NCBI GenBank assembly: GCA_951406725.2
Contig: OX597824.1
Span: 28,706,001 to 28,770,000, forward strand
DNA: 64,000 nucleotides
Direction of reading: 5' to 3'
DNA from: Octopus vulgaris
Lineage: Eukaryota
Position 1 is the stretch's first letter; each line of letters begins with the position of its first letter. The notes below the pieces were generated by a model. That model was not told where the DNA came from and did no database searches. It was given only the letters and a program-made list of their open reading frames with translations. This document shows, one piece after another, positions 39,935-54,002 of the stretch. The translations under genes and the position numbers were made by a program.

Positions 39935-40439
39935 AACTTGTATTTTCGAAAAAAAAATTTATCCTGCATTAAATATAAATTTAAATGTTCACTTCCGGAC
40001 TCTCCCACTCTGTGAGAGCCTCAGTTCAAATCGCCCGTGTCTTGATTGGGCTGGAGTATTTCTATTTTGGATGTATTTGGGGTACTTAATTGTGCTCATG
40101 TCTTAGTCTTTTGCTTCTTCCATGGGTATGAGTAAGTATCTCATTTATTTCTATGCCACATTTATCACTGACGAAGGGAGTGTTCTCACGTTCTAACCCT
40201 GAAATCGGTCCGATATGGTAATAATGGAATTTTTTAGAAATTTCTGTCGGCTTTTTTTCGAGTAGCGTGCGTATTGTAATAAATTATATAGTAATGGACA
40301 ATATGTCCAATTTTAGGTATATTTGGCTTTTTCGTTTGCCCTTATTTATAAGTTGTTTATAATTTTAACCTTTAAAGGTATTTTTTAATATGCTGGCCAT
40401 TGATAAAAAATTTTTTTCGAAAAAATGTTTATCCTATAT

Positions 40440-40445
<6 letters not shown>
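39935..40445 (+). mobile_element. probable Penelope-like terminal repeat between (TA)n tracts
   Basis: Contains the HHR; ttttcgaaaaaa..tttatcct..attaaatata repeated at ~39943 and ~40414. Confidence 0.6.
40158..40226 (+). ncRNA. type I hammerhead ribozyme motif
   Basis: CAUUUAUCA-CUGACGA-AGGG..CCCU-GAAA-UCGG-U-CCGA-UA|UGGUAAuaAUG; predicted cleavage after 40215. Confidence 0.85.
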
Positions 40446-40495
<50 letters not shown>

Positions 40496-40546
40496 GTATG
40501 TCTCTCTGTCTATCTATCTATAGACAGAGAGATAGAGAAGGGCACG

Positions 40547-40622
<76 letters not shown>

Positions 40623-41262
40623 CAGACAGATAGAGAAAGAGACAGAGAGGGAGAGAGAGAATAATTTCTCACGTTACATATACAATGTACTTTAAACAAT
40701 ATATTAATAAATTAAACCACATTTCGTAGCAAAGAGGATTCTTTTTTACAGAAGGCAAGGGAGAGAGAGAGAGAGAGAGAGAGGGCAGAAGAGAAAAAGA
40801 GAAGGAGATAGAGACGATACACTCTAATGCCATGTTCCTTAATACATTAAAGCGAACAGTGAATTGTGCTTATGTAACCAACTGTCAGCGTACATTTTTG
40901 CCACTTAAGACTGAATAAATACCAATTGTTTCTTTCTCACACGGTGTTGCTATTCACATTATCCCATTATTTAAAATATAGGATGAATCGACAAGAAGGT
41001 ATTATCTTCGCTTACTGAAAGATCTATATGATAAGAAAAGGACATGACAAAGAGTTATACAGATAGAGACACGTAAGCAGCTTGTAAAATCGCATCCGCC
41101 ATGATTTTCCTTTTCGTTTCTTCGCATTTAGATTATCCTGAGTGTCACATTGACCGCTTCGTCCTTTCGTGAATTAGAAAACATAAGCCTTGATAGAAAA
41201 ATCAAAGCGATATTGTTGAAGTGGTATAGTGGCTGCATATTACGCAATAGGTTTGTAAGTGT

Positions 41263-41678
41263 TAAGGCGGCGAGCTGGAAGAAACGTTAGCACGTTGGGC
41301 GAAATACTTAGTGGTATTTCGTCTGCCGCTACGTTCTGAGTTCAAATTCCACCGAGGTCGACTTTGCTTTTCATCCTTTCGGGGTCGATTAAATAAGTAC
41401 CAGTTACGCACTGGAGTCGATGTACTCGACTTAATCCGTGTGTCTGTCCTTGTTTGTCCTCTCTTTGTTTAGCCCCTTGTGGGTAGTAAAGAAATAGGTA
41501 TTTCGTCTGCCGCTACGTTCTGAGATCAAATTCCGCCGAGGTCGACTTTGCCTTTCACACTTTCGGGGTCGATTAAATAAGTACCAGTTACGCACTGGAG
41601 TCGATATAATCGACTTAATCCGTTTGACTGTCCTTGTTTGTTCTCTCTGTGTTTAGTCCCTGTGGGCAATAAAGAAAA
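41263..41678 (+). mobile_element. SINE family E dimer with 14 bp TSD
   Basis: TSD aggtttgtaagtgt at 41249-41262 and 41679-41692 encloses head plus two bodies. Confidence 0.93.
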
Positions 41679-41732
41679 AGGTTTGTAAGTGTATTTGAAG
41701 TTAAGCAACGACTATGAACATATCTCTTATCA

Positions 41733-41935
41733 CTTACTTGTTTCACTGATTGCATTGAAGCCATGCTGGAGCACCTCCTTTGACGATGTAGTCGAACAAA
41801 TCCACCCCAGGAATCATTTTTTTTTAAAGGTGGTTACTTATTCAACTGGTCTCTTTTGCCGAAAGATTTATTTGAGCGAATGTAGAGAAACCAACACAGG
41901 TTGTCAAGCTACGGTGCGGAACAAACACAAGTGCA
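41733..41935 (-). mobile_element. SINE family D 3' half, diverged
   Basis: ttacttgtttca..gccatgctggagcacc..ggtctcttttgccgaa. Confidence 0.7.
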
Positions 41936-42168
41936 CATACGTACACCCACTAACACGAACATATACATACACACACCTATATATAATATATATATTTCTT
42001 CCGGTCACTTTAAATGTTAATCCCGCCGCATTTCTCCCTCTCCTCTCTCTCGCTCTTTCTTTCCCTTTTTCTGTAGAAGAGCGTAGGATCGAAACGGCAA
42101 ACGCTTCTTGTTTTCTTTTGGTTTCTGTGCATTTGAATCATATAGAAACATAGATACATACATACATA

Positions 42169-42230
<62 letters not shown>

Positions 42231-42231
<1 letters not shown>

Positions 42232-42374
42232 CGGAGTAAGCACATGAATGTGAAACAAGGTGGAAAAAAGTGTACTCAGACACCAGAGGTAGAGTAATAT
42301 GCTTTATTTAAAAGCAGCAGAAATATAACAAAAGCTGTTACTTAGAGTTTCACATTCCCGTTCGACGGACAGTT
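42231..42374 (-). mobile_element. Penelope-like terminal fragment with HHR-like motif (family of 8036-8189)
   Basis: Minus strand AACUGU-CCGUCGA-AC..GU-GAAA-CUCUAAG-UA|ACAG; (TA)n on both sides. Confidence 0.75.
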
Positions 42375-42381
42375 ATATATT

Positions 42382-42429
<48 letters not shown>

Positions 42430-42580
42430 TGGTGAAATAGAAAGATGAATAATCTTGTTGCAGATTAATCAAAAGTTTAACCGATACCTTGGTAGCAAAA
42501 ATCACAGCAGAAGAAAGCACGGTTGGAGGTACAACCATATGGTGTTGCAACCGTGCGTTGGTGCGGATAATTGAATTTTA

Positions 42581-43104
42581 ATATTATTAGTGAATTGAAG
42601 AAATGGAGTTGAACGAAGATTGAACAGAAATCCTTTTATTGCATTCTACACGTGTTTCGAAAGCCACAATTTACCAAATTCCGATTGAATAAGGAGACCA
42701 TATTGTGTCTTTCTCTTCAGGAAGAAATAGGAATTCCGTTGGCAGAACAAAAACAGAACAGCAGCAAAACAAATCGAACGAGGAGGCTCCTAAGAGCCCA
42801 TGGCCAAACTGTTTATCAATGTATGTTGAAATCGGGTGGTGGGTGCGTTGAAGATATTTACAGGTCAGGCAGCGGTCAATCTGGTGGGTGAGAGCACGGG
42901 GTGCGTAGATGTTCTTTGTGACCGAGACTAAGGTTCTGACTATTTTAAGAATATTAGGTGTTCTATTTCTTCCTGAAGAGAAAGACACAATATGGTCTCC
43001 TTATTCAATCGGAATTTGGTAAATTGTGGCTTTCGAAACACGTGTAGAATGCAATAAAAGGATTTCTGTTCAATCTTCGTTCAACTCCATTTCTTCAATT
43101 CACT

Positions 43105-43112
<8 letters not shown>
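42581..43112. mobile_element. 150 bp perfect inverted repeat (42581-42730 / 42963-43112) with 232 bp spacer; Penelope-like inverted termini
   Basis: Arms are reverse complements by inspection; each carries an HHR; ends in (TA)n. Confidence 0.85.
42963..43056 (+). ncRNA. type I hammerhead ribozyme motif with long stem II (mirror copy at 42637-42730, minus strand)
   Basis: UUC-CUGAAGA-GAAAGaCACAAU...AUUGUGgCUUUC-GAAA-CACGUG-UA|GAA; predicted cleavage after 43046. Confidence 0.8.
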
Positions 43113-43175
<63 letters not shown>

Positions 43176-43178
<3 letters not shown>

Positions 43179-43391
43179 AGTTGGCCAAAAGTCACCGGAC
43201 ATTAAATCAACGTTGCATAAATACTATCTGTAGTTCTGTATTGACTCGAATGGAAAAATGTGTCGCTCAAGAAGGACTTCAGTTTGAATAATATGTTGTT
43301 TCATATCTAAATTCATTCAGTTGTTGAACATAAATATATCTCGGAAATAAATACTTTTGTTTTACTGTCAGGTGACTTTTGGCCAACCCTG
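43176..43391. mobile_element. Tc1/mariner-type MITE
   Basis: TIR aagagttggccaaaagtcacc / ggtgacttttggccaaccctg, TA flanks. Confidence 0.85.
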
Positions 43392-43423
43392 TATGTATGT
43401 ATGTATGTATGTATGTATGTATG

Positions 43424-43555
<132 letters not shown>

Positions 43556-43569
43556 GATATATATATATA

Positions 43570-43965
43570 TCACCTTGACTGACCAGTCCGTCGGGCGTCC
43601 ATTTGACACTGTTGGTTACAGCACGCTGTCCACTCCTCTCTGGATCGCGCCTTTCTCATCCACATGATCCCAATGGACCCCCTGAAATCGTAACGCCACC
43701 TTCGTGGAGGCCTTCCGAGTGGTCGTTTCCGCTCGCGCTAATACCACTCGACAACTGCGCGGGTCCACCGAATATCGGTGAGCCGGGTGACGTATCCAGC
43801 CCATCTAAACTTGCTGCGTGTATATTCTATGATGACATCCCTCACGCCGGACTTCTCTCTGATGACCCTGCTACTGATTCCAACCATTGACCTCTCCAGG
43901 GCCCTTTGAGCCGTTACCAATCTCTGTTCTTTTCTCTTTGTTGTAGCCCATATTTCACTACCGTG
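43570..43965 (-). mobile_element. RTE-clade LINE 3' fragment
   Basis: HGSEIWATTKRKEQRLVTAQRALERSMVGIS..IREKSGVRDVI..KFRWAGYVTRL.D.RWT..RPLGRPPRRW. Confidence 0.88.
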
Positions 43966-44424
43966 GAGGCGCAATGGCCCAGTGGTTAGCAGCCCATATT
44001 TCACAAAAATATAACATTGCAGGTAGAACTGTGCTATTGATGAGGTTGAATTGCAGTTATCCTTAGGCATAGCCTTGATAGTTTAAGTCGAACAAATCGA
44101 CTCTGTCGATGCCGTTCTTTATCTTTTAGGTCTGTAAATAATACAACACCGGTTGTCAAGCGGAGGTAGGAGAGTAAACACAGACAAAAGGATACACTCG
44201 CATTGATATACGTACGTACATATATATGTATATATGTATACATATATACGGCGGGCTTCCAACAAAGTTTTCACCTACGACATACACTCGCAACGGAATA
44301 ATCGGAGCGGAGCTACAGTAAGAAAACTCTTGAGCAATGTGCCTCTCACTGGGACTGCACTCGGATCCACGCTGATGGAAAGCGAACTTCTTAATGATAT
44401 AGCCATGCCTTTAGACATACACAC

Positions 44425-44455
44425 ATACATACAGACAGACAGGTAGGTCGGTCGG

Positions 44456-44534
<79 letters not shown>

Positions 44535-44575
44535 GTAGGTAGGTAGGTAGGTAGGTAGGTAGGTAGGTAGGTAGG

Positions 44576-44626
<51 letters not shown>

Positions 44627-44689
44627 TCAGACAGACAGGTAGGTAGGTAGGTAGGTAGGTAGGTAGGTAGATAGATAGATAGATGGATG

Positions 44690-44758
<69 letters not shown>

Positions 44759-44765
44759 ATAGATA
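44425..44765. repeat. (GATA)n/(GGTA)n/(GACA)n compound repeat with higher-order duplication
   Basis: Direct reading. Confidence 0.95.
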
Positions 44766-44852
44766 TCGACATGTATATGCTTCTATGTATGTGTCTATAT
44801 ATTGATATTCATTGTATATATATACGTGGAGGGAATAGGTTTGTGTGTGTGT

Positions 44853-44894
<42 letters not shown>

Positions 44895-46248
44895 ATGAGT
44901 GTTTGTGAGTGTGTATATGCCTGCTTGTGTATATTTCAGTGAGTTTGTGTCCATGTATTTATATACACAGAAATAACTGTCCAGTTAAAACAAATTAGTT
45001 ATTTTAGCCATACTGTAATTTTATTTATTTACTTATTTACTTTTATTTATAATGTTTCTCTTTTCTTTTCTTTCCATTTTCTTTTTCTTTTTTTTCCTAT
45101 TCCAATTACGTCATTGTATTTCCTCCCTGTAGTATACAATCTTCTAAAACAAACACACATTGTCAAGTCTTTAGTCTAAAATCCTCTGGAAAAACAACTT
45201 TGAGTCACGTCCAGTTTTAAATTAACGCATGCATTGGCCGGATGCTTTGTAAATCTGTACAGGAGAGCGTGAATAGCTAAATGCATTCAAGTCACAGATA
45301 ATGGCTGACCAGCTTTACTGGTGACCAGTACTTTGAGTTAATTGAATAACAGTTTGACTAGAAACAACATTTGCAAGCGATGGAAGGCAGCCATATTGTC
45401 GTTATACGTTGTTCTCGTTCTTTCTCTGCTAAACTCTTTCCATCGCATGTTTTCCTATAAACATTGGTTTTCTGTGACGAATAAACTTTCGGAATCTTCA
45501 AGATTCTGAGAAATGCCGATAATATTCCGTTATTTAATACAAGCAACACTGCGCTGCAAAGTAATTCACACATGTTTTCTTATGGTACGCTCAAATGCAC
45601 ATTGAATTCGGCCGTGTGTCTACTGGACTTTATTGTCTTGTTCGCTGTATGAAATACAAGTCTGCAACAACTTTTCAATTAGTTCATAACGCATTTAACA
45701 ATAAACTTAAATCTCGGCACATGCACAAGTTTCTGCTAAGATCTCCGTGATTGTGCTGCATGAGTGTGTATTGGACCTTACACACGAAAAGTTTTATCCC
45801 TCTCTGAACTTGCGTGTGTCTTTTCATGTGTAATTGGCTGTGTGAATGTATATATGGATAAGCAAATGTACGTGTGATAGGAGATTTCAAACTGTCCGTC
45901 ATCAAAAGTTTGGTTCCTTGGTTTCGCTGACTTTATATATCTATGAATATGCTGAAATGCCTGAATGTCGATGCATATATTGTTGTATTAACGCTTTCAT
46001 CATTTCACGCTACGTTAAAGCATATGTATATATAAATATAAATATATATGTGTGTGTGTGTGTCTGTGTGTATATCATATATAATATATATATATATGTA
46101 TATGTATATATATGATATATATATATTATATATATATATATATATGCCCACATACACACATACACACATATATATATTCATACCTGCGTGCGTACATATA
46201 TATACATGTATACATATATGCATATATACATAAATACAAGCACACACG

Positions 46249-46321
<73 letters not shown>

Positions 46322-46704
46322 TTAAACATACATTACTATACACATTCGCACATATATGAATCTAATCATATGCGCATACATTTATATACATATACACATA
46401 CATCTGTAGGGGAGCGATCCGACAAAATATCTTCAGATATGCACCAGCATGATCGTGTGGCTTAAAAACGTTTGGTCTTACACAAATTGATACCGAGTTC
46501 GATCGCCTTGCTGGGTGACATAGACAAATAAGTCTATTATATTTAAGCTTTGTTGACGAAAGGGTTGAAGGAAACATTTCTGACACTGAAAACCTCTCGT
46601 GTAGAAGCTTCTCGTAAGGCTGGTTCTTTTCAACAACTGTTTGATTTAATCTATGACACATTTTAACGCTAACGACTACTTATTAGGTGTTCTTAAGCGG
46701 ACTT

Positions 46705-47009
46705 AGTGGAAGCATATGGCCTAGTGGTTAGAGCAGCGAACTCACGGTCGAGGGATCGCGGGTTCGAATCTCAAACCGGGAGATGTTAGTGTGTTTATGA
46801 GCGAAATACGTAAGCTCCACGCGGCTCCTGCAGAAAGTAATGGCGATAGTTCTACTGACTCTTTCCCCACAACTTTCTCACTCTTTCCTCAAGCATCTTG
46901 CAGCTGACCTGCGACGGACCGGCGTCCCGTCCAGGTGGGGAACTTATACGCCAAGAAACCGGGAAACCGGCCCTTATGAGCCAGGCATGGCTCGAGAAGG
47001 AACAAACAA
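46705..47009 (+). mobile_element. tRNA-derived SINE family C with 13 bp TSD
   Basis: tggcctagtgg A box, gggttcgaatctc B box; TSD cttaagcggactt at 46692 and 47010. Confidence 0.93.
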
Positions 47010-47987
47010 CTTAAGCGGACTTCACTCTGAAGTATTCGAGTTGCGGCTCTGGTTTTGATGTAACATTCTCCATACCTCAACCAGACATAGAGGGCCTAAG
47101 CAGAGTCATAGGTCCCAACCCTTTCTTTCATTCCCCAGCTATATAACAACTTACATAGTTGTGAATCGTTAATCATTGATGATACTACAAGATAGGAGAG
47201 ATAAATGACCCTTTTCTCTAAAAAATTATTTTGATAAAAAATTTTCCGAGGATGCGAACACTGCTCATTAGATTTCCTGATTCAATATACGTTCTCAGAT
47301 TAAGCTATAGGTTTCTGTAAATAATTGCTAAAGAAATTCCATTTTTCTTTTTCGCTTATCTTCCAAATTGAGTAAAAAACAAACAAAAATCTATAGACAG
47401 GAAAAAATTTTTTTTTAAATATGTATTCATTCAATCTTAAACTTAACAATCATTATCTTTGGTAATGATAACAATGACATTGACGAGGAATAGGAAAAGG
47501 AGGAGGGGAGGGATGGGGAATGGTTGGAGAAGGGACGGTAGGGGGAGGGGTGCACGAAGAGACGGGGAGGGGGAAAATTATGATGGTGAAGATGATGATG
47601 ATGAGGAGGAGGAGAATAAAGTGGGTTGTGTCGTGGCGGTTGTAGTGGGGTAAAAGGTGGTGGGTGGATGTCGTGGCTGCGATATTGGAACCGTGGTGGT
47701 GGCCATAGTGGTACTAAAGATGGTAATACAAATGAAGTAGAGATTATATTGGTAGAAGGGGGGAGATTGTGATGCTAATGCCAACGATGGTAGATGCTGG
47801 TAGTGTTGTTGCTATTGTTTGTAGAGTATTATTGGTAGGAGTGATAATGACGAAGGTACTGGTGGTAGTGGTGGAAGGAGAGGAAGAAGAGGAGATAACA
47901 AGAGAAAGCGAAGGGGATGACTAGAGAAAGAAGACCATCAAATGTAAACGAGAACAATTAGGTGGTGATGATTTGGTCTTCAATTAT

Positions 47988-48063
47988 CATATATATATGT
48001 GTGTGTAAGTGTGTGTTCGTGTGTATATATGTTTGTATGTATGTATATATGTGTATGTGTGTG

Positions 48064-48108
<45 letters not shown>

Positions 48109-48326
48109 ATGTAAATATATATACCCTCACACATACGTATAAGTACGTTTGTATAAACATGTATATCATATATTTATATATATATATATTTATATTTATA
48201 TATATATATCCATGCATATATACATACATATGCAGATACACAGATTATATATGTATGCATATTATATATATATATATACATATGAATATATATATATGTA
48301 TATATATATATTATATATATGTATAT

Positions 48327-48359
<33 letters not shown>

Positions 48360-48434
48360 ATATGAATATATATATGTATATATATATATTATATATATGT
48401 ATATTATATAAATATACATATATATATACATATA

Positions 48435-48500
<66 letters not shown>

Positions 48501-48950
48501 ATATGATATATGTGTGTATGTGTGTGTGTGTATAAATATCATTTTACTGTTAGTAGAAAGACAAAACGAGGGGAAACGTTAAATTTATTACGACTGTCAA
48601 AACCAACATAAATCGTGAAATCACGTACGTGTAAAAATGTAGGTGTCTATATATATATATATACACACACACATACACACGCACATACAGACATATACAT
48701 ATACACACACGCATACACACAAATGTATATACATATACACACATGCATACATACAAATGTATATATATATATATATATATATATATGAAGATGTATATAT
48801 AAGTCCAAATTTATATGCATATGTATGTGCGTTTATGTGTGCATGCTTGTGAGTGTATGTATACCTCTGTGTATGTGTGTGTATGTGTGTGTGTGTGTGT
48901 GTATGTGTGTGTGAGTGTGTGTGTGTGTGTGCGAACCTGCATGCATACAT
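47988..48950. repeat. TA/CA/GT compound microsatellite field
   Basis: Direct reading; short unique island at 48540-48645. Confidence 0.9.
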
Positions 48951-50447
48951 ACAGGCAGCGAATACACGTATGCAGGGAAAGAACGAGAAGTAAGTGAGAA
49001 AGTTTGCGAGGAATTGAATTAGAAAGTTGATAAGACAGAGAATCAGGGAGAGTGAAAGAGAGAAAGAGAGAGACAGGGAAAGGAGAGAGTAAGCAGGGGA
49101 GGGAGAGTGAGAAACAGAGAGGTTGAAAAGTCATTAAAAAAATCATAAAAGCGTGAGAAAATAAGATAAATACAAAAGGAAGCAGAGAGGGAGGGTTAAG
49201 GTGTTAAGGTGTAACGAAGTGGGGAGAGCGAGTGAGAAAATAAATATTTTCTTTAAGAAAGAAGAAAATAAATATATAAAAGAAAGAGATAAATCTATTT
49301 TACCAAATGATTTCTTAAATTTAAAAAGTTCTATATAAATATATACAAATATATATTTAAGAATGTAGAAAAGAAATAAAAATAAAATTATAACCGAAAG
49401 CAAATGCCATTTGTCTTCTAAAATATTAATATCTCTAACTCGACCCCCGAATAGGGGGCAGGTCGGTTGGCATTATAGAGAATTATGAATATTGATTCTG
49501 CTCTTAAATCATCTATAGACATATTTCTTTAGAAAGATTCTAATAAAGAATAAATAAATTGAAACGAATGGAGGTGTAAGGGGAGAAGGGACAGACATCG
49601 GCAACAAATAAGAACAACAATAACAAGACACACACAAGAGACTGACAACAACGACAACTAGACTGGCAGAGAACAATGGTAATGGCGGTGATGAAGAATT
49701 AAATGAAATATAATAAATGATAAAATAGAGGAAGACTAAAGAAGTGATGCCTTGTTGTGGTTGTTGTTGTTCTACTTCTTCTTCCTAGTAGTGTTGTTGT
49801 CGATTTTATTCTGGCTGTTGAATATACTTTTGACAGTGTTGTTATACGGGTAGATAGAGTTATTAGCGACATTTACTTCGCCGGACTAAATGCGCGAAAG
49901 CGTTAAATGTTATCTAGGTACATTCCAGTTGGAAAGTTTATCGTAATTGACTGGACTCTTCCGAATTTCCTCTTTCCAAGGTCGGAATATAAAAAAGAAT
50001 CTGTTGTATACAACTAATTTAATTTCACCTCCTCTTTTGTTCAGATACATTTTAAGCATGATTTCATTCTCGAATGTGATATGCGATCTTTTTAGACGTC
50101 AGTGTTCGACTTCATCTACATTTCCTTGCTGTTTGAGTTCAATTTGCCAGCAAGTTGAAGCTAAGTTATTGGTTAGTTACCAGAAACATACAGGAGTTAT
50201 TTCGAGTACCTTATGAGGATCCTGTAAGTAACTCATCAAATTCATAATCTGAAAAATTGAACGTTATTTGTTAAGGCGAAGTAACTGGATAGACAAATGG
50301 TTAGGATATATACATAATTTAGTCTGGATCACAGTATATTTGAATCGAAGATGAATTGATCATTAATAGAATTGCTTTCATCGCGAATTCGTTTGATCAG
50401 TTTCAATTTTAAGCTAAATAAGTACAGGAAAGTATAAATAAATATCG

Positions 50448-50840
50448 TTTTCTACTCTAGGCACAAGGACTGAAAGTTTGGGGTAGGGAGACAGTCGATT
50501 AGGTCGACCCCAGTACGCAACTGGTACTTAATTTATCGACCCCGAAGGGATGAAAGGCAAAGTCGACCTCGACATAATTTAAACTCAGAACGTAAAGACA
50601 TACGAAATACTTATTTCTTTACTACCCACAAGGGGCTAAACACACAGGGGACAAACAAGGACAGACAAACGGATTAAGTCGATTATATCGACCCCAGTGC
50701 ATAACTGGTACTTAATTTATCGACCCCCAAAGGATGAAAGGCAAAGTCGACCTCGGCGGAATTTGAACTCAGAGCGAAAAGACAGACGAAATACTGCTAA
50801 GCATTTCGCCCGGCGTGCTAACGATTCTGCCACCTCGCCG
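50448..50840 (-). mobile_element. SINE family E dimer
   Basis: Two bodies with different 3' ends, head at right. Confidence 0.9.
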
Positions 50841-50887
50841 ATCAGAGTAAATCTAATTTTTCACAGTTTCAACTCTCTTTCTAGACG

Positions 50888-51343
50888 TGTTGTGTGTTAA
50901 GAAGGTTGCTTCCGAACCACCAGGTTCCATGTTCAGACCTGCTGCGTTGAACCATAGACAACTGTCTTCTGTTAAAACCGCGGGTCAACCAAAGCCTTGT
51001 GGGTGGTTTTGATAGGTGAAACCTGAAACACGCCCGTTTTGTGTGTGTATATTTGTGTGTAGGTATGTGTGTGTGCGTTTATGTGTGGATGTATATGTGA
51101 GCGTTTGAGTGTATATATGCGTGTGCATGTCGTTGTGTCTGTGTTTGGCCCCCGCTACCGTTTCACAACCGGCGTTGGTGTGTTTATTTCCACGTAACTT
51201 GGCGGTTTAGCAAATGAGCCGACAGAATAAGTATCAGGATTAGTATAAAAATAAGCACTAGGTTTCTTTTCATTCGACTAATTATTTTTCAAGGTCATGC
51301 TCCAGCCTGGCCGCAGTCTAATGACAAAAACAAGTAAAAGATA
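50888..51343 (+). mobile_element. SINE family D, diverged full length
   Basis: Colinear with 6068-6518. Confidence 0.85.
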
Positions 51344-51758
51344 GACAATGATACATTATTGAACAAGTGTTATGTCAAATCGTAACACATAAAGCGCGAC
51401 GGGCCAGGATCGTGGCCGTTGGGCACAGATCGACAGGCCACGATCGTGGCCCAGATAGATGCATTTAATTTTGGGGTCTAATGGCACTCAAACGCTCCGA
51501 TACTCCCAGAATGCAAGAGGACTAATAGTTCAACTAAAGACTTTTCAGATGATGTAAAACTTGCCACCTTTATACACTAAGAAGATATTTTAACTATTTT
51601 TTGTTTTTTGTGTGTGCATTGTAGTCTTATTTTCATAAAATGTGCTCAGCAATCCATGCTATGTAAGTGCAAATCCCAACACTTTATGGTCTAAAAGACG
51701 ATTGAGTCAATATAGCCAAGTAAAGGGTGAAGAGTAAAAAACCTTCTTCTTCTTCTTC

Positions 51759-51917
<159 letters not shown>

Positions 51918-51954
51918 TATATGTATATATATGTGCTTGTATGTATATATTCCG

Positions 51955-52296
51955 TTACTTGTTTCAGTCATTTGACTGCGGCCATGCTGGACCACCGCAT
52001 TTAGTCGGACAAATCGATCCATAAGGTATTCTTTGTAAGCCTAGCGCTTATTCTATCGGTTTCTTTTGCCCAACATCGATTGTCAAGCGATAATGGGGGG
52101 GACAAATACAGAGGCATAGATACATATGTATGTATATACAACGGGTTCTTTCAATTTCCATCTACCAAACCCACTCACAAGGCTTTGGTCGACCCAATGC
52201 TAAAGTAGAAGGCACTTACCCAAGGTGCCACGAAGTGGGACTGAACCCAGAAACATGTGGTTGCAAAGCAAGCTTCTTACCACACAGCCACTCCTA
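51955..52296 (-). mobile_element. SINE family D
   Basis: Reverse complement of 6068-6500 with a small deletion. Confidence 0.88.
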
Positions 52297-52426
52297 TATC
52301 TGTATATATATTATATATATATACTATATATATTATATAGATATCTATATATATTATATATATCTATATATATAATATATATAGATATGTATATATATAT
52401 ATATAGTATGTATATATATATATATG

Positions 52427-52462
<36 letters not shown>

Positions 52463-52666
52463 GTGTGTGTATATATATATATATACATAAATACATACAT
52501 ACATACATACATACATACATACATACATACATACATACATACATACATACAAAAAGCGCACAAATAGCAGCAACATTTTTGGAAAGTGGAAAATGAGGCC
52601 ATATTTAATGGAGAAATAAATAGTCAGAGACAACTATGCATACACTTATGCATTCATTTATATACA

Positions 52667-52706
<40 letters not shown>

Positions 52707-52779
52707 ATCGCAATAACAAATAATCGATGTATCCATTACACATTACAGTGTGTTTAAAACATATAAAGGATATATGAGA

Positions 52780-52820
<41 letters not shown>

Positions 52821-52848
52821 GGCTGGAAGTGATACCTTATTTATTCTA

Positions 52849-52879
<31 letters not shown>

Positions 52880-53584
52880 TATATATATATATATATATAT
52901 ATAAGAAGAATTCATTAAAAACAAGAACGACTTGAAATGTGCGATTTCCAGCATTTATCAATTGTTAGAGGAATTCAACGAGAAGTAAAAAAAATACAAA
53001 AACAAAACAAAATATCTGAATATAATTCAAGGTATTCTTCAGTTTGGATTGTCCATTTTTCCTTAGATACCGTATTAAAATGACGAGGAAGATTTATTTC
53101 GGCTGAATGTTGACCTCTGCATATCTTTCTCTAACCCAGAGCAACAAGCATACAAATCAATGTGAACCATCACTTCTCGTTGCTACGGACGGTTAAACAT
53201 TGCGTCAAACGTTGCTATGGCAAAGAAGGCTATTTTGAGGTTCGTTCGGCAGCTAAATCTGCAAGTTCTTGTTTTTATTAGTAGTGCCGGCATGAAAGAA
53301 TGGGAGAATAAAAGAATGAAAGAATAAAGGAGGGGAGAATATGTGAAAAACGGATGACCTCTGACCCTCCCATCCCCGCTCGGCCCCTATCTCTCTTCCT
53401 ACGAACGCCCACACCCTCCTATAAAAGAGTTTAAGATCGTTTAACCTTTCAATACGGTGTCGTAGATTTTTAAACATAGAGAAAAGAAATATCGCAATAA
53501 TATAGCAAAGCGTGTGGAAAGGATAACAAAAAAAAAGCAAGTGATATTTTCACAGAAAGAAAAATACTTATTAGAAATACAAAC

Positions 53585-53968
53585 AAAAATGACAATAATA
53601 ATGGCTACATTTGAACTCACAACGTAAAGACCGACAAAATGCCGCTAAGCCTTTTGCCCGATGTGCTAACGATCCTACTAGCTCGCTGCCCTAACAATAA
53701 TGGTAATAATAATCCTTTCTACTATAGGCACAAGGCCTGAAAGTTGGAGGAGGGGGATGGTTGATTATATCGGCCCTAGTACTCAGCTGGCATTTAATTT
53801 ATCAACCCCGAAAGGATGAAAGGTAAAGTCGGCCTCGGCGGAATTTGAACTCAGAACGTAGCGACGGGTGAAATACCGCCAAGCATTTTGCCCGACGTTC
53901 AAACGATGCTTTCAGCTCGCCGCCCTTATACTACTACCACAAATAGTAATAATAATAACAACAACAAC

Positions 53969-54002
<34 letters not shown>

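Noticed and set aside
45377-45446. Possible pre-miRNA (gcgatggaa / ttccatcgc)
   Set aside because: Only ~10 bp of stem with a ~50 nt poorly paired interior.
46705-46785. tRNA-like sequences at SINE heads
   Set aside because: A/B boxes are present but they continue into SINE bodies with TSDs; no proper acceptor stem, so not tRNA genes.
53015-53050. Minus-strand CUGAAGA after a TA tract
   Set aside because: No GAAA box or stems found at a suitable distance.
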